From: a virus
Lineage: Duplodnaviria; Caudoviricetes
Length of the DNA stretch: 64,000 bases
Strand: one strand, 5' to 3'
IMG/VR virus record: IMGVR_UViG_3300048920_000392
Span: 7,593 to 71,592 of that record
Part shown: positions 54,184-62,982 of the stretch, piece after piece
Layout: each line of letters begins with the position of its first letter
Position numbering within the stretch: position 1 is the first letter of the stretch
Translations under genes and position numbers: made by a program
Notes under the pieces: model-generated
Told to the model about the DNA's origin: nothing
The model's database searches: none
What the model saw: only the letters and a program-made list of their open reading frames with translations

Positions 54184-56603
54184 TGGCAGGTCCGTGGGAA
54201 AAGTACCAGCAGGAAGTGGAAGTTGCCGCGTCACCTCAAGGCCAGCCCGACCAAGGCACGAGCAAAGGCCCGTGGGCCAACTACGCGGCTCAGGCTGGCT
54301 CGGCTGACAGTGAGATGCCGATCACTGACCTTCCTGCCGTGCAGGCCCAGCGGCCTGACTTCAGCGGTGTAACGGCTACTGTTGACTCCACGGCGCAGAA
54401 GGTCGCGCCCGATGGCTGGACGTATGGCGTTGGCCGCGACGCGGCGTTCGGCGTGCGTTCGGCGATACAGGGCGCTGGAAGTCTAATCGGGGCCGCTGGC
54501 GGCGACGCCTTCAACAACTACATCGCCAATCCCATCGCGAGGGCCGTCGGGTTGCAGGAGGCGCGGCCGTATCGCGAGGAAGCGCAGGCATTTGCCAATA
54601 CCCTCGGCCTCCCCCAGGCGCAGACGTCGGGCGACCGCGTTATGGGGGACGTCGGCGAGGGCCTGACCGGCACTGCCTTGACGTTGGGGGCGGGTGGCTT
54701 GGCGAGTGCAGGGCGTGGTCTTGTACAGCGGACCGGGCAGTTCTTCGCTGCAAACCCCATCCTCCAGACGGCAGCGACCACCACCGGGACGCTGGCAAGC
54801 TCGGGAGTTAAAGAGGCTGGCGGCGGACCTGGCGCTCAAGTGGCGGCTGGCCTTGCGGCCGGGTTCGCGCCTGGCACGCTCGCAGCACTCGTTCCGGGCA
54901 TGCGCGGCGGCATCGTGCCGGCTGCTGTGGCCCAAGGGACGCGAGGAGCACTGAGGGGGAGGAACGCGGTTGGCGCGCCGGTCACCTCTGCAGACATTCA
55001 GCAGACCGTGGGGGACTTCGCAGCCGTTGGCGCAACTCCTAGCGTGGGGCAGGCTACTGGTGGTCGTTTCCCCCAGGCCGTCGAAACGATGCTGGGGAAC
55101 GTCCCGGGCGGTGCGGGCCCCATTGCCCAGCTTGGTGCTAAGCAGTCCGCCGCAACAGGACAGGCGGTCGAACAGTACGCAGTGGGGCTGTCTCCGCGTG
55201 GCCGACCAATGAGTCCTGAGCAGGCGGGCCGCACCATCTTGGAAGGTGTTGAGGGCAAGTCTCCCGTAGCGTTCGTACCCAAGACCGCAAAGAAGGCGGA
55301 GGAGCTTTACGACCGGGTTTCGAAGCAGATCGCCCCTGGCGCGCGAGTGCCCGTAGAGAACACCAAGCAGGCGCTATCCGATCTTAACGCCTCCATCGAA
55401 GGTGCGCCCAATGTTGCAAAGCTCTTCCAGAACGCCAGGATCCAGGGCATTGAGGCTGCCTTGGGAAAGGATATCGGCGGTGCGGAGGCGGCTCTGCAGC
55501 GGCCTGAGGTGCGCCAGCAGGCAGATGAGCTTAGGCAGCAGTTGAATGCCCAAGCACAGCAGGCCAGGGCGGAGAACACGCGCCTCCAGACACTGGGGAT
55601 GCGTGCCTCACAACCGGTCGCGAGTCCTCAGCAGATTGACGAACAGGTTAAGACCGCAATCGCAGGGATGGCGGACAACCAGATCCCGTATCAAGCACTG
55701 ACCAAGCTGCGGACGGTCGTGGGGAAGGAGCTAGACAACTACTCCCTGGCGGACAACGTGCCTCGGGACAAGTGGAAGGCGCTCTACGGTGCGCTGACAC
55801 GCGATATGGAGGCCGCCGCGACCACCCCGGAAGCCCGGCAGGCTTGGAAGCGCGCAAACGCCTACTACGCTGCCCGAAGCAACCGCATCGACTCTATCGC
55901 CCACGTGGTGGACAAGAGCGGCGGTCCGGAAGCCGTCTACAAGGCGGCATTTGGCAACACGAAGGAAGGCGCCACCACCCTGCACGCGGTCATGCAGTCG
56001 CTTCCCAAGGAGGCGCAGCGGGAGGTGTCAGCGTCGTTTATCCGCCGAATGGGCCGGGCGACGGGCAGCCAGCAGAACGCCGACAACGACGTTTTCAGCA
56101 TGGAGACGTTCTTGACCAACTGGGCAAACATGAGCCCGGAGGCCAAGCGGGTGTTGTTTGACCGCCACGGAATGGGCTTCCGCCAGGATATGGACAAGAT
56201 CGCGCGGATGACAGAGAAAATCCGGCAGGGAAGTGCAGTGTTCCGCAACCCGTCTGGCACGGGTCGGCTCATCTCGCTCATCACCCAGTCGGCGGGTACG
56301 GCGAGTAGCGCGGCAACTGCAGCGATGTCCGGTAGTCCGCTCCTGGGGGCCGGAATCGTAGCTGGTTCGGCTTCATTGGCCGCGGCATTCAACGGTCTGG
56401 GCCGACTCATGACCAGCCCTGGCTTTGTGCGCTGGGTGGCGAAGAACGGGGAGAAGCCAGTCGGTGAATTGGTCGCTCAGACTCAGATGTTGCGGCATGT
56501 CGCCGAGTCAGAAGAAAACGACGACGTAGCCGAGCTGGCAGATCAGCTCGAGGCTATGAAGCAACAGCAAACCCCGCGTAGACAAGCACTACCAATGCGA
56601 TGA
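54183..56603 (+). CDS. Large DNA-ejection/transfer protein (P22 gp16/gp20-like class)
   Basis: MAGPWEKYQ start, Gly/Ala-rich amphipathic region, long helical C-terminus ending NPSGT...LMTSPGFVRW. Confidence 0.75.
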   Translation: MAGPWEKYQQEVEVAASPQGQPDQGTSKGPWANYAAQAGSADSEMPITDLPAVQAQRPDFSGVTATVDSTAQKVAPDGWTYGVGRDAAFGVRSAIQGAGSLIGAAGGDAFNNYIANPIARAVGLQEARPYREEAQAFANTLGLPQAQTSGDRVMGDVGEGLTGTALTLGAGGLASAGRGLVQRTGQFFAANPILQTAATTTGTLASSGVKEAGGGPGAQVAAGLAAGFAPGTLAALVPGMRGGIVPAAVAQGTRGALRGRNAVGAPVTSADIQQTVGDFAAVGATPSVGQATGGRFPQAVETMLGNVPGGAGPIAQLGAKQSAATGQAVEQYAVGLSPRGRPMSPEQAGRTILEGVEGKSPVAFVPKTAKKAEELYDRVSKQIAPGARVPVENTKQALSDLNASIEGAPNVAKLFQNARIQGIEAALGKDIGGAEAALQRPEVRQQADELRQQLNAQAQQARAENTRLQTLGMRASQPVASPQQIDEQVKTAIAGMADNQIPYQALTKLRTVVGKELDNYSLADNVPRDKWKALYGALTRDMEAAATTPEARQAWKRANAYYAARSNRIDSIAHVVDKSGGPEAVYKAAFGNTKEGATTLHAVMQSLPKEAQREVSASFIRRMGRATGSQQNADNDVFSMETFLTNWANMSPEAKRVLFDRHGMGFRQDMDKIARMTEKIRQGSAVFRNPSGTGRLISLITQSAGTASSAATAAMSGSPLLGAGIVAGSASLAAAFNGLGRLMTSPGFVRWVAKNGEKPVGELVAQTQMLRHVAESEENDDVAELADQLEAMKQQQTPRRQALPMR

Positions 56604-56733
56604 GCAGGACGGGAATAGCAACAACCAGCGACACGAAGGCGAACCCGTAACCGGCATCTTTGCGGTCGTCAGATTTAGCCCCCTCCTCCCACGACTGGGG
56701 CAGGGGGTACTGGGTGTTCTTCCAAGCATCCAT
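56554..56733 (-). CDS. Small single-TM protein antisense to ejection genes
   Basis: MDAWKNTQYPLPQSWEE...GFAFVSLVVAIPVLLIALVVLVYAGFAV. Confidence 0.6.
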   Translation of the reverse strand: MDAWKNTQYPLPQSWEEGAKSDDRKDAGYGFAFVSLVVAIPVLLIALVVLVYAGFAVAS

Positions 56734-56837
56734 TGCAGTCAGTCCCAAGGGTTGGCGACGCCAGCATACACCCGCCCCGGGCGACGAAATCTCACCAATA
56801 AATGAATGGGCTAAACCAATAGCCCAAGGAGAGGCAT

Positions 56838-57545
56838 GTGGCACAACGCAACTTTTTGGGCCGGACGACCGGCAGGGTCGGGGAGCGGTTCCTGTCGGGC
56901 TCGAACAACTACGACCCACGGACGGGGCAATACCGGAACGTGATGCCGGGGCTTATTGGTCGCGCGGCGCAGACGGTGATTGGTGCCTTTGGCGGTCCGC
57001 TAATCGGGGCGATAGCGGGCAGGGGCATCAGCAAGATGGTTGATAGGTACGGGAAAGACCCCGGGTTTGTGCAGGCGGAGTCGATTCCTATCCCTATGGA
57101 CTGGCGCGCCCCTCAAATCACTCGAGGTGAATTCGCTGCTCCTTCGGCCACGCCGCCCACTACCGCCAACCTCAGCCTTGGCGCTCAGTCCCCCGGTGGA
57201 GATTGGGCCGGCTACCTGCAGGACGCTGGCTCGGCCAACAACTTTGGCAATCAGGGCTTCATGCGCCCGGGGTCGTTCACCAACTGGTCGCCCACTAGCG
57301 GCTGGGGCAAGCAGCTCATTGCCCAGCAGCCAACGCCCGGATCACTGGGCGGCTTCGGTAACAACGTAGGCGGCTTCCTGAGCGGCGGAGCGGGTGGGGC
57401 GAGATCTCCAGTTGCCTCGGCAGGCTCAAGGGCTGGCCTTACCCGTGCTGGCGGCTCTGCTGCCGGCTGGGTTAACGCACTGAACACCGGAGAGGTCCTG
57501 GGCAAGTTCCAGGGCGACCCCGAGAAGTACACCCGAGCAACCTGA
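56838..57545 (+). CDS. Small Gly-rich DNA-ejection/pilot protein (gp7-like class)
   Basis: AGGAGAGG SD; GAFGGPLIGAIAG hydrophobic glycine zipper; Gly/Ser/Asn-rich; 235 aa. Confidence 0.6.
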   Translation: MAQRNFLGRTTGRVGERFLSGSNNYDPRTGQYRNVMPGLIGRAAQTVIGAFGGPLIGAIAGRGISKMVDRYGKDPGFVQAESIPIPMDWRAPQITRGEFAAPSATPPTTANLSLGAQSPGGDWAGYLQDAGSANNFGNQGFMRPGSFTNWSPTSGWGKQLIAQQPTPGSLGGFGNNVGGFLSGGAGGARSPVASAGSRAGLTRAGGSAAGWVNALNTGEVLGKFQGDPEKYTRAT

Positions 57546-57560
57546 GGGGGGTTTAGGGCT

Positions 57561-57803
57561 ATGCAGGGGAAGTCGAAGACTGCAGGGGTTTGTGAGGCGC
57601 TGAGCCCTGCGGCAGTGCGAGGAATCGCCGCTGTGTTGCTTCAAGCCAATGCAGGAAGGCGGGTCCACTTCGGTGGGCTCGACCTCACTGAGATGGCTGG
57701 CAGGTACCTCGAAAGGCATGTCCAAGAGGTGGGGTTCGACGCCGCAGACAAGACGTTCCGCAAGCAGGGATTTGCATTGGTAACAGATGAAAACAATAGG
57801 TGA
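57561..57803 (+). CDS. Hypothetical protein
   Basis: 80-aa ORF between ejection genes and terS. Confidence 0.5.
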   Translation: MQGKSKTAGVCEALSPAAVRGIAAVLLQANAGRRVHFGGLDLTEMAGRYLERHVQEVGFDAADKTFRKQGFALVTDENNR

Positions 57804-57808
57804 GAGCT

Positions 57809-58099
57809 ATGCCATTCGTTCCAGGGCAATCGGGCAACCCTAGCGGGCGGCCCAAGGTGGATTTCGAGGTCCGGGAGCTGGCCCGGGAACACGGCCGAGA
57901 GGCTATTGAGCGCCTGGTGGAGATCATGCGGGGGGACAACCTTTCCCTCGCCCGGGCGGCCTGTGAGGCGCTGCTGGATCGCGGCTTTGGCAAGCCGGTC
58001 CAGTCGGTTGGCCTGGATCCAGACTCCGTGCCTGTCCAGGGCATCACGGTGACCTTTGTCCAGCCCGACCCTGCTGAGCCGGAGACTGACCGTGACTGA
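57809..58099 (+). CDS. Terminase small subunit-like (DUF5681 motif)
   Basis: MPFVPGQSGNPSGRPK...VRELAREH...EALLDRGFGKPVQ. Confidence 0.8.
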   Translation: MPFVPGQSGNPSGRPKVDFEVRELAREHGREAIERLVEIMRGDNLSLARAACEALLDRGFGKPVQSVGLDPDSVPVQGITVTFVQPDPAEPETDRD

Positions 58100-58400
58100 C
58101 GACCAAGAGCCAATCTCTACTGTAGATACGGATAGCTCAGTGGAGCCTTGGGACGGGGTCACCTACGTGATCTATGCCGCCGAACGGCAGTGCCTGCCTG
58201 AGGACTTTGAAGGGCGCCTAGAGGTCGCGCGGCAGGCCATAGGAGAACCCTGGCGGGCCTTCGACCTCCACGACCCGCTCTGTCCTAGGGCGGAGGGCAG
58301 GGACTGTACCTGCGGACTGGTGAGCGTCTTCACGAACGACCGGTGGGTGGCGTATGTGGACGCGTTCCATGCCGTGCAGGCGATTCATGGCCTGCAATAG
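58092..58400 (+). CDS. Hypothetical protein with H/C-rich motif
   Basis: GTG start overlapping the terS end; HDPLCP...CTCG. Confidence 0.5.
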   Translation: MTDDQEPISTVDTDSSVEPWDGVTYVIYAAERQCLPEDFEGRLEVARQAIGEPWRAFDLHDPLCPRAEGRDCTCGLVSVFTNDRWVAYVDAFHAVQAIHGLQ

Positions 58401-58710
58401 AAGCGGAACTTAGGGAGCGCTTTTACGGTCCACGTCTCTAGCCACGCTTGTCCGACGTCTCCCGGTGCTAGAATTCGCCGCTTTCTGCAGCACTTATGCC
58501 AAACAGCCGGCCCGCGCGCCCCTCTGGGGCCCTTCCGCATTTAAGTGAAGGCTGAACGCAAGGTCCGTTGACAGGCTCTCTCAGGCCACGCGACAGCGAT
58601 CTGGGACACTGGGGCCTTGAAGTTGAAAAAGTTATCCACAGATCTGTACACAGATTGGTGCTAGCCTTCCTCTGGGGAAGTAAGGCACCACGTGCCGAAG
58701 GAGGTGCGAC

Positions 58711-59178
58711 ATGCAAAATAACGTTTTTAGTGTCGCCAACGCTTTTATAGAATTGGCTAAGCGTGACCATGTGCCGATCAGCAACATGATGCTGCAAAAG
58801 TTGCTGTACTTCGCGCAAGGGCACAGCTTGGGTCTTCGTGGCGAGCCACTTGTTGATGAGGCTCCGGAGGCTTGGACATATGGGCCAGTCTTCCCTGACG
58901 TCTACCATGCTTTCAAGGGTTATGGTGGCGGTCCCATAAAATTCGCCCACACTTATTACGACCCAAATGAGGGGGGCTATGTCCTGCCTCCTAGGGTTGA
59001 TAATGATGCCGACCGAGCGATGATCGAGGCGGTATGGAACGCCTATAAGAACCGCAGTCCGGTTGAGCTCTCCAACATGTCGCATGTTAAGGACGGCCCG
59101 TGGGACAAGGTGTATGGCACATACAGAAATGCTGACATCCGAGATAGTGACATGCAGGCTTTCTTCAAGGCGCGCTAA
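58711..59178 (+). CDS. Panacea (DUF4065/SocA-like) antitoxin
   Basis: LQKLLYFAQG...EAWTYGPV...LSNMSH...GPW; GGAGG SD. Confidence 0.92.
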   Translation: MQNNVFSVANAFIELAKRDHVPISNMMLQKLLYFAQGHSLGLRGEPLVDEAPEAWTYGPVFPDVYHAFKGYGGGPIKFAHTYYDPNEGGYVLPPRVDNDADRAMIEAVWNAYKNRSPVELSNMSHVKDGPWDKVYGTYRNADIRDSDMQAFFKAR

Positions 59179-59190
59179 CAGGGTCGGTCT

Positions 59191-59757
59191 ATGGGTCACA
59201 AGGACAGTGGTAGCGGCTCCTCTCCGCACGTTGCCTCGTTGGACGAAACGGTCAGCAGGCTCGCTGACACGATCTCCCATGCGCCTGCAAGCGATCACGC
59301 GCCATCCGCTGATGCGGAACTGAAATTCTTCGGCAAGAGCGATAAGGCCAAGGAAAAGCAGCGCGGCCGGAAGGTCAAAAATGACCGTCTACAGCAAGAC
59401 ATGGATCTGCGTGAAAAGCACGCCGAAAAGGCGGTGGGTCTTGCTCAGGTCGCCGTCGGCTGTTGGATTTTCCTGTTCGCGTTTGCAGGCTGCATGAATC
59501 TCGCACAAGGTAAGCAATTTTTAACAGACAAGGCGCTGGTCACCCTCACTGCGGGTGCGACCGTGAACGTCATCGCAGTGTTCTTAGTGGTGGTGAAGGG
59601 TCTGTTCCCGCCGCCGATGGCTCGACCTGCCAAGGCGAAGAGGGGAGTCAAGCGCAGGAAAGTAAAGGAAGCTTCGGAGAGTCAGATGACCCCGCCGAGC
59701 AGTGGCACCAGGAAAGCCACACTCCGAGCGGCAAATGGGCGCCAGACCGGGCAGTAG
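59191..59757 (+). CDS. Two-TM putative toxin partner of Panacea
   Basis: QDMDLREKHAEK then TM1, LTDKALVTLTAGATVNVIAVFLVVVKGLFP TM2; basic tail. Confidence 0.75.
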   Translation: MGHKDSGSGSSPHVASLDETVSRLADTISHAPASDHAPSADAELKFFGKSDKAKEKQRGRKVKNDRLQQDMDLREKHAEKAVGLAQVAVGCWIFLFAFAGCMNLAQGKQFLTDKALVTLTAGATVNVIAVFLVVVKGLFPPPMARPAKAKRGVKRRKVKEASESQMTPPSSGTRKATLRAANGRQTGQ

Positions 59758-59940
59758 CTCCGAGCGGGGAAGGGGTTTCCAAGGGCTAAGGAACCGTTAG
59801 GCAACAGTTACATAACGGCGTGATGCGATTCAAAGGTGAGTCAGGGCTGATACCGCGGCTCCCCTGGTGCTTCTGGCGCTCGCGCGGAACGCCTACTACC
59901 AGTCTCGGAATGTGAGATCCCCGTCCGTATGCTGCCGGGC

Positions 59941-60237
59941 ATGCTCCCTCCCGACTTCCGATGGCGATCAGTGGCCAGCCGCCCCGACGGGCTGCCGGAC
60001 GCGCTGCTCTGTGATGGCGTGGAGGTACTGCGCCTCAGCCAGCGGGTAGACGACCACGTGTGGTGGGTCTGGGTAGACAGACACATCCCCTCCGACAGGC
60101 CGAAGGGCCGGACATGCACCAGCTACGAACGGGGCGTGGTCGGCTCGGAGCTTTGGGCGATCCGGCACCAGGGCCGTCTACGCCTTGAGGTACAGCAGCA
60201 GCGCCGGCTTCGCGACGCACTTAAGAGGCCGGGATAG
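59941..60237 (+). CDS. Phage-associated hypothetical protein
   Basis: MLPPDFRWRS...WWVWVDRH...ELWAIRHQGRLR; Trp-rich 98 aa. Confidence 0.65.
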   Translation: MLPPDFRWRSVASRPDGLPDALLCDGVEVLRLSQRVDDHVWWVWVDRHIPSDRPKGRTCTSYERGVVGSELWAIRHQGRLRLEVQQQRRLRDALKRPG

Positions 60238-60380
60238 CTGTATCGATAGTCCGAAATTACGCAAACGGCTTCAAATGCGTTGCGGCACTAGTGGATTCGA
60301 GTCCCAGAATCAACGCCGGACGACAATGGAATCTACTTTGGTTAGGCTGCGCGCGACGAATCTCATAAGCGGGTGCGGCA

Positions 60381-60617
60381 ATGAGCGAACACGATGGCCA
60401 GATACCATTTGAACTCCGGGCGATAAATGCCGATGCAGTCGGAGAGCTACTGGGAATTGCAGGCCGCACCGTCCTGGAAACGGTGGCGTGTAGACCCGAC
60501 TTCCCCGTGAGGGTGTCCATGCGCCCAGCCACGTGGGTGGCAGGCGAAGTGTTGGCTTGGCGAGACGCTAACCGAGCCGGTCGGCGAGTTCGTCGGCGTC
60601 GGGTTGATGGCGAGTGA
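60381..60617 (+). CDS. AlpA-like/excisionase-like HTH protein
   Basis: INADAVGELLGIAGRTV...RPDFPVRV...WVAGEVLAW. Confidence 0.75.
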   Translation: MSEHDGQIPFELRAINADAVGELLGIAGRTVLETVACRPDFPVRVSMRPATWVAGEVLAWRDANRAGRRVRRRRVDGE

Positions 60618-60692
60618 GTGGGTCTACCTAGGCGGCGCTAGACAGGGCGGCACAGCCCCGCGATAGTTCAGCTTCGCCAAGCGGGCTACTCA

Positions 60693-61307
60693 ATGAGCAT
60701 CCTCAACGTAATCCTTAGCCCGGACAAGCTGCTGGTCGCGGTCGATACCTTGGCCCAAGACGCGGCGACGGGGGAGCTTTCTACCGGCGCCAAGCTGCTG
60801 CTAATCCCCCAGCACAACTTGATTCTGGCGACCCGAGGCTCGGCCCAGTTCTTCTTGAGGCTTTACGAGCTAAGCCTCCAGGCTAGCTTCCGCGCGGACT
60901 TCACCATGGAACAACTCCTGGCAGAGTTCGGCTTGGTCATCGAGAAGTTGTGGCCTGCTTATGAGACGGCGGCGATTCAAGCCGGCATCCCACGCGACGT
61001 TCTTCATAGCGAGCTGGTTCTCGGTGGATGGTCACCCAAGAGCGGCAGAATGGTTGCTACCGCCTACGCCAAGAGTGCTAACGCAAAACCAGTCGTCGTG
61101 CAGCCTCTAGAGGGCGGCTTAGCTTCGCCAGGAGACCCGCTGAGAGATAGGCCGGCCAACTTCGACCCCGCCTGGGTGCTGGATGCTGGGCGGCTGCAGG
61201 CCGCGCACGAGAATGCCCATGTTGGACGTGTGGTGTCGGGCGGCAAGCTGCTCTGTGCCACCCTCACGGCTAGCCAAGCAGTCATATCCGACCTTGGCGA
61301 TTTGTAA
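60693..61307 (+). CDS. Proteasome-beta-like Ntn-hydrolase fold protein (candidate)
   Basis: After Met removal Ser1, Asp17, Lys33, Gly48; C-terminal SGGKLLCATLT resembles the beta-subunit SGG strand. Confidence 0.6.
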   Translation: MSILNVILSPDKLLVAVDTLAQDAATGELSTGAKLLLIPQHNLILATRGSAQFFLRLYELSLQASFRADFTMEQLLAEFGLVIEKLWPAYETAAIQAGIPRDVLHSELVLGGWSPKSGRMVATAYAKSANAKPVVVQPLEGGLASPGDPLRDRPANFDPAWVLDAGRLQAAHENAHVGRVVSGGKLLCATLTASQAVISDLGDL

Positions 61308-61346
61308 CACCGTTCCGTCCAGTGCTCAAAATCCCGCGTCGTAGCT

Positions 61347-62276
61347 TCAGGCCAGCTTTTTGATGGCGTCGGCCAGATGTTCCGGCGCAAGGTGGGCGTA
61401 GCGTCTGGTCATCGCCAGCGAGCTGTGCCCCAGCACCTCAGAAACCGTGTGCAGCGATACCCCGGCCTGCACCAGCCAGGACGCGCATGTGTGTCGCAGA
61501 TCATGCCACCGAACGTGCTCCAAGCCGCAAGCCTCACGGGCTGTCTTCCACGACGCCCGCACCCCGTCATCCGAGACACCCAGCGGCAATCGCTGGGCCA
61601 CGCTCAGCACCTTCGGGTGCAGCGGCACCAACTGCAGCGTCCGCGTCTTGCTGGTCCGATCCAGCCGGAGAAAGCCATCCTTCACGTCGTGATGGGTCAG
61701 TCGCAGCAGGTGCCCCCGCCGAATCCCCGTATACGCCGCCAAGCGCACGTAGTTACCCGCCAGAGGGTTGGGGCATGCCCTCGCTAGCGCCTCGACCTGC
61801 TCGGTCGTCAGGAACGTCTCGCGCGGCTTCTCAGGCAACAGCGCAATCGCCGCTGGCCTTTCCAACCAACCCCATTCCCGCCATGCCATCCGCGTGATCT
61901 GCCTCAGAATCCGGCCCTTGTGGTTCACCGTGGCCGGAGCCTTGCCGATCTCCGCAGCTTTGATCTCCGCCCACACCTGCGACGCCTCCGATAGCTTCCT
62001 GCCGCTGATGTACCGCTGCAGTTTGGCGGCGTGAGCCATGGTCTTCTTCGCTGAGCGAAGCCGGGGCACATGGTCAATCAGCCACTTCTCCAAAGCGTGG
62101 CCGATTAGGCGCTCAGGTTGCTTCCCGGCGGCCTTGTCCTTGTTCGCCGAGAGGAGCTTGACCTCGTAGGCTTTGGCTTCCTTGAACGTCCAGTGGCGAG
62201 AAGTCTTTCTAACCGTTCGTCCACCGTATCCAACGGTAACCTGATAGCTTCCATTGGGTCGCTTTGTGACTGGCAT
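61347..62276 (-). CDS. int: Tyrosine recombinase/integrase (third element)
   Basis: AYTGIRRGH, KTRT, WHDLRHT, LGHSSLAMTRRYAH. Confidence 0.93.
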   Translation of the reverse strand: MPVTKRPNGSYQVTVGYGGRTVRKTSRHWTFKEAKAYEVKLLSANKDKAAGKQPERLIGHALEKWLIDHVPRLRSAKKTMAHAAKLQRYISGRKLSEASQVWAEIKAAEIGKAPATVNHKGRILRQITRMAWREWGWLERPAAIALLPEKPRETFLTTEQVEALARACPNPLAGNYVRLAAYTGIRRGHLLRLTHHDVKDGFLRLDRTSKTRTLQLVPLHPKVLSVAQRLPLGVSDDGVRASWKTAREACGLEHVRWHDLRHTCASWLVQAGVSLHTVSEVLGHSSLAMTRRYAHLAPEHLADAIKKLA

Positions 62277-62455
62277 GTTTGCACCTTGCATTTGGCCCAC
62301 CAGATGTGCAGGTCAGCGGGGTGAATTCGATCCGACTTCGCGCCTTGCCCGAGTCGGTAAGCGGTGAGTGCCGCCGCATCGATGGCTCGCCGCAGGGTTT
62401 TGGTCGAGCAGGCTGAGAGTTCCGCTGCCTGCGCCAAGGTCAATAGCTTTACCAT
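62105..62455 (-). CDS. Excisionase-like HTH_17 protein overlapping int 5' end
   Basis: LLTLAQAAELSACSTKTLRRAIDAAAL...RIHPADL. Confidence 0.8.
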   Translation of the reverse strand: MVKLLTLAQAAELSACSTKTLRRAIDAAALTAYRLGQGAKSDRIHPADLHIWWAKCKVQTCQSQSDPMEAIRLPLDTVDERLERLLATGRSRKPKPTRSSSSRRTRTRPPGSNLSA

Positions 62456-62474
62456 GATGCTCAAGCCCTTCTCC

Positions 62475-62846
62475 TCAAGTCCGGCTGCGTCGTTTCTCGT
62501 ATCTGGCGAGCCTTGCAGCAGCTTCAGCTATGCGGGGTGATCCTGGCTCGGTAGCGTAGCCCCTGAGCGGCCCTCGTTTCCACTGGCTGGCTCCATGGAT
62601 CGCTAGGTAGAGGGATGCTTTCTCGTACAGCTTCTTCCCCATGAAGTTGCGCGGCTCGAGCGAGTACTCGGTGGCTTTTGCGTTGAACTGTGAGGTGCTA
62701 ACGCCGCAGTAGAAAGCGGCCTCCTCCACGGTCAGCCAGTCTTTGCCTGAGAGATCTGCGCGCGAGAGGCCTAATTGAAATCGGAGGGAAGCTAGTTCGA
62801 CTTCGAGCGACTTTAATGTAGAGATGAGCCCCGGGCCTTCCGCCAT
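62475..62846 (-). CDS. HTH (excisionase-like) DNA-binding protein
   Basis: DWLTVEEAAFYCGVSTSQF...KKLYEKASL. Confidence 0.75.
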   Translation of the reverse strand: MAEGPGLISTLKSLEVELASLRFQLGLSRADLSGKDWLTVEEAAFYCGVSTSQFNAKATEYSLEPRNFMGKKLYEKASLYLAIHGASQWKRGPLRGYATEPGSPRIAEAAARLARYEKRRSRT

Positions 62847-62982
62847 GACTTCGCTCCCAATCTGAAAATTGAAACAAATTGCATTCTTAAGAATACGGCG
62901 TAGTGAGACTCTAGCTTATCTGGGGATGTCCCGCGATCAGATGACGCGTGCCCCGCTTCTATGCAGCCATTAGAGGTTAGCC

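Larger units (their letters stand above)
46245..59850. mobile_element. Phage-satellite-like island (PICI/P4-like backbone) with ejection proteins; right boundary approximate
   Basis: P4-type int after tRNA 3' end, AlpA, Rep-like HTH + iteron origin, terS, no capsid/portal/terL/tail; GTGAGTCAGG motif near both ends (46358, 59836). Confidence 0.7.

Noticed and set aside
60291-60305. GGATTCGAGTCCC T-loop-like motif
   Set aside because: No surrounding cloverleaf, and it does not match the tRNA fragment at 46200
60362-60368. CTCATAA copy as the partner att site
   Set aside because: Only 7 bp match with no tRNA 3' continuation; expected by chance in a window this size
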